Of a stretch of 64,000 nucleotides of DNA, positions 19,417-29,855 are shown in pieces. This DNA is from a virus. The stretch spans positions 32,001 through 96,000 of the IMG/VR virus record IMGVR_UViG_3300005731_000013. The stretch is one strand, 5' to 3'. The notes under the pieces are model-generated. The model did no database searches. It worked only from the letters and a program-made list of their open reading frames with translations, and was not told where the DNA came from. Both the position numbers and the translations under genes were made by a program. Position 1 is the stretch's first letter. Each line of letters begins with the position of its first letter.

Positions 19417-21040
19417 TATTTTTCCAAATATATTTTGCATTTCCACAATCCCAAATTCGAAGCCAGCCATTATTTGTCATATTATCATATTGACTTTGCG
19501 TGTTGTCATAATGCTTTAAAAGTGTAGTTAAATTTGATCTTACTGCTTTGTTTCGTGATATTACGTCATATGTTCCTCTTCCTGTTTGCTTGGCATACAT
19601 ATAGCCTGGTTTTGAAAATGACACAAATTCAAACCCGTAACGGCTATAAACATTATCAGCATTGCCAAATCTAAGATTGGCGTATGTCAATAATGATTCA
19701 AAATCTTCTTCCTTGCATGAGTTGACCAACAATTTACTGAACCCGCCAGGAATATGATATCCATTTTTGATAGCAAATCTTGCAATTTCAAAAGTATCAG
19801 GGCCTTTGTTAAATCTGTCATGAATGAATGAAATCGCTGCTACTAATTCACCAGATGAAGTTTTCAACCCATAATTTATTTTTGTTTTGACATCACCCAT
19901 CAAATGATTTTCATTCATAAACACTTGCTTGTCAGAATGTTGAAGTTTGACAAACTTCAATTTCCTAGCATATATCTTTGTTTCATATTTGCCCAAACAA
20001 TGACTGATCATGCCTGTTACTAAATCAAATTTATTTTCAATCTCATGTTCAAAAAACGTCAACAATCTGATATTCTTATCTGAACACATTTTGAACTTAT
20101 CTTTCGAAGTATGTTTATTACGAGGATCAATTAAATCTGAATGCCAATAAATTCCATTCAATTCAATAGCAAGATTATATTCTGGTATCCAAATATCCAA
20201 TTCACGTTCTATTACATCTCTGTTATTTGTTTCAAAATACACATTTTGTGATATCAAATAATCTGCAATATAACTTTCTATTTTTGATACAGGTTTACGT
20301 GTTATTTTTAAATCATGCTTTCGAATATAACTCAGCAATGTTTTTGGTGTTATTTGAAGGTCGTCAGCATATTGTGTAAATGTCTTAGATTTGTCATCAC
20401 AAATTTGTTTACAAAACTCTACATTTGATAATTTTTCTAATAGTGATTCAGACATATGTTGCTGCGTATAATATTTGTTTCCAAACATTTTATTATGTGA
20501 ATCTCTGATTTTATCTATTACGAGTTGTGATTTTGCAGGATTATCATAACCATAACGTTCAATATTGGTCTGCTTAATCTTTTCTCGAATTTCAGGCGAG
20601 CTCGCTGGAGTTTTGGTCCCATAACGTTTTAAATTAGTCTGTTCACGAATAGTCTTTGTATGATTAAATGTATGCGTATCTCCATACTTATTTAAATTTG
20701 TTTGTTTGATTTTTTCAAATTTTGTTGATTTTGGATCATTTGAACATTTATTCGAACAAAACTTACGAAACTCTTTTTTGACCGTATCTAATGTGGTCTG
20801 TTTCCCACAAATCATACAATGATTAGTAATGGCTATATCATTGATGATAATCATAATCACGGCAGATAATTTATAATTTTGTAAGTTGTGCTTCTTGACA
20901 AATGGACTAACTATTGTTATGATATCGTCATAATGCTTCGAAGTTGTTCGAACAGTATTGGCATTGACCCTTCCTTTTGAATCAATTATCTTTGGAATTT
21001 TTAATAGTTCTGCCTTCGTCATTACAATACCTTTTAGCAT
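19403..21040 (-). mobile_element. Hef/Vsr-like endonuclease-GNAT, copy 3
   Basis: FCSNKC, KQTNL.RYG repeats, ELDIWIPEYNLAIELNGIYWHS, IYARK...EIARF...WDCG; TATAAATA upstream. Confidence 0.85.
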
Positions 21041-21062
21041 TATTTATACAGGTATTCAGACT

Positions 21063-21091
21063 GAATGCCAAGCAAAAAATGCTTGGCATTC
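21063..21091. terminator. Hairpin after the tail sheath gene
   Basis: gaatgccaagca-aaaaa-tgcttggcattc. Confidence 0.6.
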
Positions 21092-21117
21092 TATTTTAAT
21101 TTAAATGTGCGCTATTA

Positions 21118-23589
21118 TTACAGCGAACCAGTGTTTACAATCCTAATAGGTATGTATATAAATTCAACACTTTTTGTTGGTGCAATTGCGATATCGATAT
21201 ATAGTTCGTTACGGTCAATTCGCAATGATGTGTTATTGCTTTCGTCACAGACAACTGCGAAATCTGACAATGCTCGTTTTGTCAAAAGATCACTTAAGAA
21301 CGAGTCAAACAATTGTTTTGCACGGTCACGAGTCAATTTATCATTTTGTTCAAACAATAATGGTCTTGCAATTTCATCAAATCGCTCACGTAGATATGCA
21401 ACAAGGCGTGCCACGTTAACTCGGTCCAAAGCACTTGATGTAGGGTGCAATGTTTTTTGTCCAAATACAACCACACCTTCTAATGGGAATTGTGCGATTG
21501 GGTTCATATTATTCAAATACATTGCATCACGTTGGCCTTGGCTCAATGATACAGTTTTAAATTCATTTTCAGTTGTAATATATCCAACTGCTGAACCATT
21601 TTGAACTACACCACGAGTCAAGCCAGCAGGCGCGAACCATGGATATGAAATATTATCATTATAAGCATATGTATACAATACAACATGACTTGCTGGGACT
21701 GTAACTGTGTCTCCTGCAGGTGTAGTTGAACGTGCAGATGGATAATAAACAGCACTATATGTATTTTTGGTAACTAGACCATCTTCACCATTTTCAGATG
21801 CTGATGTTCCTAATACCCATTCAGTTGCTTCTGCAGGAGTTTTGCGCATAGGTGCATCAATAATAATAAATCCTGTTTCGCCACGGTCACTATTAAGTGT
21901 TACTAATTCGTCAGTTAATTCTGGGAAATTAGGTGCAGCAAGCAATGTAAATTCACGATACGGATCACGAAGATCATCATTTCCTGCTACTGCTGCTTGC
22001 ATTGATGTTGCGATGATTTTATGTTGTGCCAATCTGCCAAATACACCAGATCCATCAACATTATTTCCTGCGCCATTAACCCAGGCATCAACAGTAGATG
22101 CGCCATCATTTACTGAAATATTTTCTTCCCATACACGAACAGTATTGCTACTAAATGCCATGTTTACAGCCAACATATCAGTTGGATAAATTGCAGCTTG
22201 AGGAGCATCATCAAATAAGTTTGCGCCTGTTACAGCACCACTTGCTAATGTAGTTCTGTCAGTCGATGTAAAATCAGAAAACAAAACGCCGCGTTCGGTG
22301 CTTTGATCAGTATTATCATAAAGCAACCATTGTGTTGATGCAGAATCATATCTATATAATTTTGGATAAGCACTATCTTCAGCACTTGTGTCTACCCAAA
22401 TATCATTATCACTAAGTGAACCAGTCGGCTCAGTAACTGAATAAGTGATATCAGCTGCTGCAACCCGTGTCCAATCACTTCCGTCATGAATCAAGATATC
22501 CAAATCATCTACAGAATCATCATACCAATAAGTTCCTGCAACTGCGGTTCCTGTTGGTTCATCATCTTGTGCATAAATCACTGAATCAATTGCAGATGCA
22601 GTAGTGTCTACTTGTTCTAATGCGATTCCTGCGGCTGTAGATGCCATTACTGCTAATGCTAGATTTGTATCTGTCATTGTTGCAGTAATATTAGTTGCAC
22701 TCAATCCATCTTGTGCCACATAAATTGATCCACCTTCTGTTAATGTTACACCTTCAACAGTCAATAAATCAAACACGCCTGAAGAATTTGACTGATAAGC
22801 AACAAGGTTTATACCATTGCCAGGCTGGGTTGTTTTGATCCATACATCATTATCAGCTGGAGAGCTAGGTGTATTATAATGAGGATTAAATGTAACGGTT
22901 TGTGTTTGTGCAGTTTGCCACGCATCATTTAATGCTGTCCATGTTCCGTCTTCATTTACAAAATAACCTAATGAAACACCTGTTGTGCCATCACTAAGAA
23001 TTGCAACTAGAAAATTTTGATCATCTGGCGATGATGCTGCTGTTGTGGTTGGTGAATATGTGCTTGGATTGGCAATTTCACCAGCACTTGCACTGAGGTC
23101 AACCTCGACAGTTACAGATTGTAATACCCAAGATGCACTTGACGCAACCCATTTATGAACACCATAAGAACTGGCATCTGTATCAAACCAAATTTGATTT
23201 GCATTTGCTGGACCTGTTGGCGCAGTGTCTGTCGCTTCAAGTTGATCTAAATCAATTGCAGCACGGACAACATATGCTTGAGAACCTTGACCTAAATAGC
23301 TATATGCAGCCAACAAACCATACTCACTTGTCTCTGCTGCCTCAATGCTTGAAAATGTCGGATCTCCGAAATATTGTGTTAACTCACGCTGACTTGTTAC
23401 TGGAACAACCTGCCCTGCATAGGCAGCTTTCGTATATTTGGCAATTCCATCTGTCTCTGTTCCTGTTGGATCTGTTTTGTCTTGCGCCGTAGCAAGAATG
23501 ATTAGAGGAATTGTCCCAGCACCTGGGCTGGCATAGGCGCTTTCGTCTACAACTGTTACGTCGACACCTGGGGATACTAATGTAGCCAT
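21118..23589 (-). CDS. gp18: Tail sheath protein gp18
   Basis: LVSPGV N-terminus, WFAPAGLTRG, GQKTL..., DRVNVARL, C-terminal EFIYIP. Confidence 0.95.
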   Translation of the reverse strand: MATLVSPGVDVTVVDESAYASPGAGTIPLIILATAQDKTDPTGTETDGIAKYTKAAYAGQVVPVTSQRELTQYFGDPTFSSIEAAETSEYGLLAAYSYLGQGSQAYVVRAAIDLDQLEATDTAPTGPANANQIWFDTDASSYGVHKWVASSASWVLQSVTVEVDLSASAGEIANPSTYSPTTTAASSPDDQNFLVAILSDGTTGVSLGYFVNEDGTWTALNDAWQTAQTQTVTFNPHYNTPSSPADNDVWIKTTQPGNGINLVAYQSNSSGVFDLLTVEGVTLTEGGSIYVAQDGLSATNITATMTDTNLALAVMASTAAGIALEQVDTTASAIDSVIYAQDDEPTGTAVAGTYWYDDSVDDLDILIHDGSDWTRVAAADITYSVTEPTGSLSDNDIWVDTSAEDSAYPKLYRYDSASTQWLLYDNTDQSTERGVLFSDFTSTDRTTLASGAVTGANLFDDAPQAAIYPTDMLAVNMAFSSNTVRVWEENISVNDGASTVDAWVNGAGNNVDGSGVFGRLAQHKIIATSMQAAVAGNDDLRDPYREFTLLAAPNFPELTDELVTLNSDRGETGFIIIDAPMRKTPAEATEWVLGTSASENGEDGLVTKNTYSAVYYPSARSTTPAGDTVTVPASHVVLYTYAYNDNISYPWFAPAGLTRGVVQNGSAVGYITTENEFKTVSLSQGQRDAMYLNNMNPIAQFPLEGVVVFGQKTLHPTSSALDRVNVARLVAYLRERFDEIARPLLFEQNDKLTRDRAKQLFDSFLSDLLTKRALSDFAVVCDESNNTSLRIDRNELYIDIAIAPTKSVEFIYIPIRIVNTGSL

Positions 23590-23694
23590 ATTTGACTCCT
23601 TTTGCTAATATTGTTATATCAATATTTAGCAATCCCATACTTATTATAGCACAAAACAGAATAAACTACGTATGAAATAACAAATTACAAAAAA

Positions 23695-23901
23695 TCAGTG
23701 ATATTGACTTAGTTTGTTAAAAATGATTTTTTGAATTTTTTGGTCATAATAATCGTGTAGTTCTATCAATTTCGCAATAGTTGTTTCATGCATAATAAGT
23801 TGTTCTTCATAATATTGGTCCATTTGATCTATTGGTTGCAGAGCTATGAAATCACAAAATTTACTCATCGTTTCATTTCGTTGTTGTTCAATATTCAACA
23901 T
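23695..23901 (-). CDS. Hypothetical protein
   Basis: Short ORF continuing the operon after the dNMP kinase. Confidence 0.45.
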   Translation of the reverse strand: MLNIEQQRNETMSKFCDFIALQPIDQMDQYYEEQLIMHETTIAKLIELHDYYDQKIQKIIFNKLSQYH

Positions 23902-24530
23902 TTATCTATCATTTGCCGTTGTATCTGTTGTGCTAAATCTTCAATAGTTCCCTCATTATGAATTGTTTTATCAAATTCCGTCGGATGATCAATCCATCGC
24001 CATTCACTTTCATGAATGTCAGGATGATATTCATGCATCCAATCCGTATCATACCGATTGTCGTTAATGGCATTATTAATCCATTCTGGATCTGGACCCT
24101 TTTTAATACGCCACACTTGACCATTCATGTTACGCACCAATTCACGCTCATTAAAAAATCTAATGTCAGGTATTACAAAATTAGTATTCGGATTTTCAAT
24201 CAATTCTTTCTTAACAAATAAAATCCATATTTGATCATCCAATCCTTTTCGCATACAATCAGTTCCGACCCGCTGCAATATAGACCTCGGCGTGACATCA
24301 TATCCTAATTCATTTGTCCAAAATTCATCTGGCTTTTCACGCCATTTTCGACTATGTGGTGTTTGACCTTCAATCATATCACGATCCCAATCAAACATTG
24401 TCGCAATAGTATCTTTCAATCGATCAGCATAGCTAAGTTTTTTAAAATTGTAATTGTCAACGAGAATATCACCGACAGTGTCTTTACCACTGCCGATGAA
24501 TCCTGCTAGCCCTATAATGTGTCGTTTCAT
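23895..24530 (-). CDS. gp1: Deoxynucleoside monophosphate kinase (gp1-like)
   Basis: GFIGSGKDT, TPR.ILQ.VGT, PDIRFFNE, HESE. Confidence 0.9.
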   Translation of the reverse strand: MKRHIIGLAGFIGSGKDTVGDILVDNYNFKKLSYADRLKDTIATMFDWDRDMIEGQTPHSRKWREKPDEFWTNELGYDVTPRSILQRVGTDCMRKGLDDQIWILFVKKELIENPNTNFVIPDIRFFNERELVRNMNGQVWRIKKGPDPEWINNAINDNRYDTDWMHEYHPDIHESEWRWIDHPTEFDKTIHNEGTIEDLAQQIQRQMIDKC

Positions 24531-24581
24531 ATAATCTCCTATGCGTAAATTATAGCATAAAAGTTAAATGAAATCAAGTAG

Positions 24582-24815
24582 TTACTGTGACATTTTTTTA
24601 AATAACGCATTCTGATTTTGAATATCTAAATCAGCCATTAATTTATCAATTTCATCCTCAGTGCCACAAAGGATGTCTCGTTTTAACCCCCACAAAATGA
24701 CACTGTCATGTTTGTTCATAGAACTAAGATACCAATCTTTAAACTTGTTCAACTTGTCCAACGCATCAGAACGTTTTGAAATCAAACGGCGGGCGGCGAT
24801 AGCTTTGCCCGTCAT
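24582..24815 (-). CDS. Hypothetical early protein
   Basis: Coupled ORF in the early island. Confidence 0.6.
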   Translation of the reverse strand: MTGKAIAARRLISKRSDALDKLNKFKDWYLSSMNKHDSVILWGLKRDILCGTEDEIDKLMADLDIQNQNALFKKMSQ

Positions 24816-25090
24816 TTATCTTTAAGCCTGTTCATAAATTCTTCTTGTCCAAGTGCATCTACAGTCTTGCGGATCTCTTCCAAAATATGTTCAGGGAGGT
24901 TGCTATCTTCAGGAACCTCAGCAATCAATGCTGTGATAAAGTATCGCCAAGATCCAATCATATGAGAATAGAATTTTCCACGATTGATTGAATTTATGCT
25001 TTTGTTTTCTTCGCTACGTTCAAGTGACCTGACAAGATTTGAATAGTCTTTAAGTAATGGTTCAAGTTGGGATGCAATTTCTTTGTTCAT
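24812..25090 (-). CDS. Hypothetical early protein
   Basis: Coupled ORF (ATGA overlap). Confidence 0.6.
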   Translation of the reverse strand: MNKEIASQLEPLLKDYSNLVRSLERSEENKSINSINRGKFYSHMIGSWRYFITALIAEVPEDSNLPEHILEEIRKTVDALGQEEFMNRLKDK

Positions 25091-25347
25091 GTCATGAGCT
25101 TTTTAATTACAATGGCTTCTTCAGCAAATTTAATATCTTGGTCTGGAACAAACTCGTTACACGCATGAACGCTTGAAGATGGGCCGCGGCTTCGACCACG
25201 AACATTGTGTTCTTTCGGACACATTGATGATTTCATCCAATTATAACAATTTCCACATTTGCGACGGCGGGCCAATTCTTGCAGCGAAGCCAATGAATTG
25301 GATTTAATCAAATTATCAATTTGACGTTGTTTAAAATCGTCACTCAT
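25087..25347 (-). CDS. Small Cys-containing (Zn-binding) protein
   Basis: CGNC...C...C; likely start MSDDF. Confidence 0.6.
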   Translation of the reverse strand: MSDDFKQRQIDNLIKSNSLASLQELARRRKCGNCYNWMKSSMCPKEHNVRGRSRGPSSSVHACNEFVPDQDIKFAEEAIVIKKLMT

Positions 25348-25498
25348 CAAATTTTCCTTTATGCTTTCGTTTACGAGGAATAATTTTTTCCTTGCACTTC
25401 TTAGAAGGCACTGCCTTAGGACGATATGGTCCGTTCGGATCACGGACCAACATAGCGGCATAATTGCGCTCTTTTGGGATTTTAGGTTTCTTCGCCAT
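25340..25498 (-). CDS. Small basic protein, ArfA-like (52 aa)
   Basis: Manual translation MAKKPKIPKERNYAAMLVRDPNGPYRPKAVPSKKCKEKIIPRKRKHKGKFDE*. Confidence 0.5.
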   Translation of the reverse strand: MAKKPKIPKERNYAAMLVRDPNGPYRPKAVPSKKCKEKIIPRKRKHKGKFDE

Positions 25499-25706
25499 AA
25501 TTCTCAAGCTTCACAAAAGTATTGCGGACAATCACTTCATTTTCATCAACCCGTCCTGGGCGGTTGTGTTTGACCACTTTAACAAACATAGATTTGGCTG
25601 TAAAACGAGTTACAACACAAACGCGGGATTCTGCATAGCGGCCTGTTGTACTATAAAAGATATAGTCGCCAACGTCAACGCTTTTACCAATAAAATCAGT
25701 TTTCAT
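25482..25706 (-). CDS. Hypothetical protein (SH3-like)
   Basis: DFIGKSVDVGDYI pattern. Confidence 0.6.
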   Translation of the reverse strand: MKTDFIGKSVDVGDYIFYSTTGRYAESRVCVVTRFTAKSMFVKVVKHNRPGRVDENEVIVRNTFVKLENYGEET

Positions 25707-25721
25707 TTTTTACCTTTTGTA

Positions 25722-25997
25722 TCATTCAAGCACTGTCGCAATATCTGCAACATAGGATGCGAAGTTACAATAAAACTCGCCATTCAAGTCTTCTGGGGCA
25801 AACTCATCTAGATCAACTTCATAAAATTCAAGCAATGAGCCATCAAGATTTACAACTACTGCAACACTTACAGGACAAGCGCCATATGTGTAACTGAAGC
25901 CGTAAGGCTGTTCAACTAAATCTTCTACAACGTTCATCAATGATGGCGCTTGGTTTACGATTTGGTAAATAAACTTATTTACATTTTCTTTTTGCAT
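25722..25997 (-). CDS. Hypothetical protein
   Basis: ORF in the early island; likely start MQKEN. Confidence 0.55.
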   Translation of the reverse strand: MQKENVNKFIYQIVNQAPSLMNVVEDLVEQPYGFSYTYGACPVSVAVVVNLDGSLLEFYEVDLDEFAPEDLNGEFYCNFASYVADIATVLE

Positions 25998-26350
25998 TAC
26001 ATTGCTCCAGTCCAATGGACTTTATAATTACCTTCAAGTATATTGCCACGTGCAAAATTACGAGCAGGTGCGTTCCAGCCTGCTGCTTTCAAAATATCAC
26101 CGCGACGGAATTGTTTGTCATTTTCGCCAATAATAATGAAGCCCCAAACGCTGCCGTTGGAGACAATTTTGATATATTTGCGGCCAGCTATAACTTCAAT
26201 ACTGTTATTAAACTCTGCAATCATCTGTTTACGGAGTTCAGTGTATCCGCCGCGGGAAAAAGTAGCATAATCTGCTTTGATCTTTTCAATCAAAGTGTCA
26301 ACACCTTCTCCGAATTTATTGGCGTCAGCTGACATTTGTTTAATATCCAT
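25997..26350 (-). CDS. Conserved phage hypothetical protein
   Basis: GRKYIKI...SVWGFI...GDILKAAGWNAPARNFARGNI, a family common in T4-like phages. Confidence 0.75.
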   Translation of the reverse strand: MDIKQMSADANKFGEGVDTLIEKIKADYATFSRGGYTELRKQMIAEFNNSIEVIAGRKYIKIVSNGSVWGFIIIGENDKQFRRGDILKAAGWNAPARNFARGNILEGNYKVHWTGAM

Positions 26351-26364
26351 CAAATCATTTCCTG

Positions 26365-26406
26365 TGCTTACAATATCAATATAAAGCAAAGCCTATTGCT
26401 AGTCAA
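26365..26406 (-). promoter_or_regulatory. Early promoter (conserved motif)
   Basis: TTGACT-N17-TATATT-GATATTGTAAGCA. Confidence 0.75.
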
Positions 26407-26426
26407 CCAATAATTTAAATATTGTG

Positions 26427-26702
26427 TTAAAAATCTAAGTTTTGTTCAAGTTTTGCTTTCATTATTGATTCATTAGCTGTATTGTATCCATCAATGATAT
26501 GTTTCAATTCATAAATGTCATAACAATTATGAATTTCTAAGAATTGAGGATATGACATTGCTTCTGACAGAATATCATAGTCTTGACTATGTGGCGATGT
26601 CCAGCGCAAATTATCAACAAATGCAGCCCAAGCTAATTCTCTATATTCAACAACAACTTTCATATAATCGTTGTAAAGTTTTTCAATATTTTGTTTAGAC
26701 AT
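26427..26702 (-). CDS. Hypothetical protein
   Basis: Likely start MSKQNIE. Confidence 0.55.
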   Translation of the reverse strand: MSKQNIEKLYNDYMKVVVEYRELAWAAFVDNLRWTSPHSQDYDILSEAMSYPQFLEIHNCYDIYELKHIIDGYNTANESIMKAKLEQNLDF

Positions 26703-27147
26703 GATGTTTGTTCGCACAAATTGGGCCAAGACCAGTTTCAATTGATTCAGGTGCAGTAAGTAGACGGCCGCAGGCGCCACATTTGTTGGCATGATAAAAT
26801 TCGAGTTGTTCAGGATTTCTGCCTAGGTGAATATTACCAACAAGCCAATCGATTGCTTTGAACCCAACTAAATTTGGTGATCCTTTTTTACCAGCATACA
26901 TCATGCCTTTATGATCTGTTAGCAAATATCCCAAATAAGTATAATTTGTTTCATTGTCTGGGCCTGTCAACATTTTAACAAAACGCACAGAAGATGTGTC
27001 ATTCATATTATGCATTTTAGTCACTCGATACGTAAACCGTTTCGACGTCTTATTACTAACAATAGTAAATGTTGCGTTGCCTGCATATATAAACCGTTCA
27101 ATAGATTTTGGGTCGATAATTTGATATTTAAAAACTTCACATGACAT
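26695..27147 (-). CDS. DUF6011-like Zn-finger protein
   Basis: C-terminal CGACGRLLTAPESIETGLGPIC; N-terminal AGNATFT..S..T..RFTY. Confidence 0.7.
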   Translation of the reverse strand: MSCEVFKYQIIDPKSIERFIYAGNATFTIVSNKTSKRFTYRVTKMHNMNDTSSVRFVKMLTGPDNETNYTYLGYLLTDHKGMMYAGKKGSPNLVGFKAIDWLVGNIHLGRNPEQLEFYHANKCGACGRLLTAPESIETGLGPICANKHHV

Positions 27148-27176
27148 TGTCGAATCCTGATATGAACATTTGTTGG

Positions 27177-27217
27177 TGTTTACATATCAATATAAAGCAA
27201 AGTAGATTACTTGTCAA
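27177..27217 (-). promoter_or_regulatory. Early promoter (conserved motif)
   Basis: TTGACA-N17-TATATT-GATATGTAAACA. Confidence 0.7.
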
Positions 27218-27230
27218 TCATTTTTAAAAA

Positions 27231-27968
27231 TTATCCAATTAATATTCCTAAGCCTGCGCTTCCATCTTTGTATAGTTTGATATCTTCTTCCAATTGATTC
27301 ATTATTTCAATTGCCTCAGCTTTAAGTTGGTCACCATTCAATGTTGTGCCGCCTTGAGGGCCTGCCAACGTTGCAAATTTACTTCTTGCTTCTCCTAGCA
27401 TCATTTTACTCATAGCAAGGGCATATTCTTTAATCCAAGGCAATGCATAATGATCTGCAAACAAATCATCTTCCTCACGATATTGATAAACATGTGCATA
27501 GATATCTTTTTTATATGTTGGTCGACGATGAATACGAAGTTGATGTTGTGTTCGATTCCAAGTATAGGTATATTCAGCACCAAATAATCGACCTAATAAT
27601 TCATGATGCTGTGCTAAGAAATCATACATAGCCAAACTACCAGATCCACTACCATTACCATATCCACGTAAAAATGTATTCCAATAATTGGCTTCAAATG
27701 GTTCAAAATCCACGCCATTGCTTGAACCTGCAACTGATCCATAAAGATCTCTTACGTCTATTATATTATGCGGCATAGTGTATACATCTTTATATGGTTC
27801 AATTTCAAAATGATAAAAATTTTCTTCAACCGCATTTTCACTGCGCTGTCGGAATTTTTCCAAGGCTTTGTCAATTGCCAATTGAAAATGTTCTGGGTCA
27901 AGTTCTACATCGACCATCTGCCCACCTAGTCGTAATTCAATTTCTTTTGTTATTTTTGCACGATTCAT
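27231..27968 (-). CDS. gp13: Neck protein gp13
   Basis: LRLGG..VDVEL, WIKEYALA..K..LGEARSKF..L.GP.GG..LNG. Confidence 0.88.
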   Translation of the reverse strand: MNRAKITKEIELRLGGQMVDVELDPEHFQLAIDKALEKFRQRSENAVEENFYHFEIEPYKDVYTMPHNIIDVRDLYGSVAGSSNGVDFEPFEANYWNTFLRGYGNGSGSGSLAMYDFLAQHHELLGRLFGAEYTYTWNRTQHQLRIHRRPTYKKDIYAHVYQYREEDDLFADHYALPWIKEYALAMSKMMLGEARSKFATLAGPQGGTTLNGDQLKAEAIEIMNQLEEDIKLYKDGSAGLGILIG

Positions 27969-28030
27969 TTAATCATCTCCGCTTCTAAAATATTTATCAT
28001 AATACAATAAATACTATAAAGGATATGTTT

Positions 28031-28717
28031 ATGCGGTTACATCAGTTGACAGAAAATAAAGACTATAATGATGCTAAAAAAATAAAACCATTATTGTCAC
28101 GAGATGCAGAACGCGCCCTTAATAGTTGGGAATTTTCAAATTGGGATTCAGGCGAATTATCAAACCACTTTGAAAACAACACTGCTATCGCACAAGAACT
28201 TATTACTGCTTTCGAACCTGTTCGTAACAATATGCGTAAACGATATGGCAACACAATCAAATTATATCGAGGAATCGATGAATATGCAACAGGAGTTCGT
28301 GATGACAGATTACTTTTCTCTTGGACAATTGACCCTGCAATAGCCAAGGAGTTTGCAGGGCAAAATCGTAATAAACAAAAGGCAGCTTTGAAAAAAGTGC
28401 CTGATGACACTGCGGTCAATGCTGCAATTGAAAGATTTCACAAGACAGGGTTCACATCATTCTTAGGATACAAATATATTTTAAATAAAAATAATCCTAA
28501 ATATTATGACATTTATAGAGGTAAAAGTTACCAAACAGATGGAGATAATATTGAACGCGAATTATTTCGACAACGTGATTACATGAAACAACGTACTAAA
28601 GATTATAGTAATATCCCAGGTCAGGTTATTGAAAAAAATATTCCAATTGATGATATAATTTGGGTTTTGATGGGCGGCAATGCTCAAGAATATATTGTAA
28701 AAGGTCATGCTGAATGA
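28031..28717 (+). CDS. ADP-ribosyltransferase-like protein (R-S-E type)
   Basis: LYRG, FSWT, IAKEFA, QEYIV motifs; N-terminal MRLHQLTE. Confidence 0.55.
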   Translation: MRLHQLTENKDYNDAKKIKPLLSRDAERALNSWEFSNWDSGELSNHFENNTAIAQELITAFEPVRNNMRKRYGNTIKLYRGIDEYATGVRDDRLLFSWTIDPAIAKEFAGQNRNKQKAALKKVPDDTAVNAAIERFHKTGFTSFLGYKYILNKNNPKYYDIYRGKSYQTDGDNIERELFRQRDYMKQRTKDYSNIPGQVIEKNIPIDDIIWVLMGGNAQEYIVKGHAE

Positions 28718-28744
28718 TCAATATTATAGATAAAGGAATAGCCA

Positions 28745-29800
28745 ATGCCACGACTTAGTATGTGGAGTCCTAATAAGACAAATGATTATAAATTCCATGA
28801 CAGGCAAATTCGTGAGCAATTTCATGTTGGCGGGACAGGAGCCATCATTCACAAATATCTTGGTCCTGAAGATGGAACAATCACTGATGATCCAACTAGA
28901 CCAGATTATCAAAATGACAGTCAAATCAATGAAACCTCAATACAAGATTTATTACTGCTTGAAAATAGAGATCGTAAATATGACAAAGATTTGTATGAAT
29001 TGCGGGGTGTCTATAATGTAAGTGATAATGATTTTGATCTAACACAATTTGGTTTATTTCTTACAAACGATGTGCTTTATATAACATTCCATATGAATGA
29101 AATGGTTGAAATCTTGGGTCGAAAATTAATGAATGGTGATGTAATTGAATTACCTCACCTGATAGACGATATTGGTTTAGATGCAGATACACCTCCTATT
29201 CCAAAATTTTATGTAGTTGAAGATGGAAATAAAGGTGGCGAAGGGTTCAGCGCAACCTGGTGGTCACATATTTGGAGATGTAAAATAGCACCAATTACTG
29301 ATAGTCAAGAATATGACGACATATTAGGAACCGCCGTTGATGATGAATCACTTAAAAATATTTTCAGCACATTTAGTGCAGAATTGGATATCACTAATGC
29401 TGTAGTTGAAAGTGCAAGTAATCATGATCCCATTGGGGGCGGAACACAATTAGTAGATCATTTATACAATTATGTTAATGACCAAGGGTATGAGTGGAAT
29501 CCTGGTGAAACTATCGATCAAGGTGACAATTTCCCATCAAATCCAAATCAAGGTGATTTTTTTATCCGAACTGATTTTCAACCAAATAGACTGTTTTCCT
29601 TTAATGATAATAAATGGATTCGCATGTATGACAATATAGATGACCAATTATGGAGTGACCGAACATTTAATGCTTCAACGTTTGTTAATAACAAAGAAGA
29701 AGATGTTGCGAAAGGTCAACGTTACGATTCCAGACAAAGTATTACTGATGCAATCTTACCTCGTAACGATTTTGATGATGATACTGGTCTTGATAATTAA
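28745..29800 (+). CDS. gp14: Neck/head-closure protein gp14-like
   Basis: DLLLLENRDRKY, LTQFGL, GDVIELPH; between gp13 and gp15. Confidence 0.75.
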   Translation: MPRLSMWSPNKTNDYKFHDRQIREQFHVGGTGAIIHKYLGPEDGTITDDPTRPDYQNDSQINETSIQDLLLLENRDRKYDKDLYELRGVYNVSDNDFDLTQFGLFLTNDVLYITFHMNEMVEILGRKLMNGDVIELPHLIDDIGLDADTPPIPKFYVVEDGNKGGEGFSATWWSHIWRCKIAPITDSQEYDDILGTAVDDESLKNIFSTFSAELDITNAVVESASNHDPIGGGTQLVDHLYNYVNDQGYEWNPGETIDQGDNFPSNPNQGDFFIRTDFQPNRLFSFNDNKWIRMYDNIDDQLWSDRTFNASTFVNNKEEDVAKGQRYDSRQSITDAILPRNDFDDDTGLDN

Positions 29801-29855
29801 CCATCATAAAAATATATGTCGAAACCACGATAAATAATATTAAAGGATTTACTTT

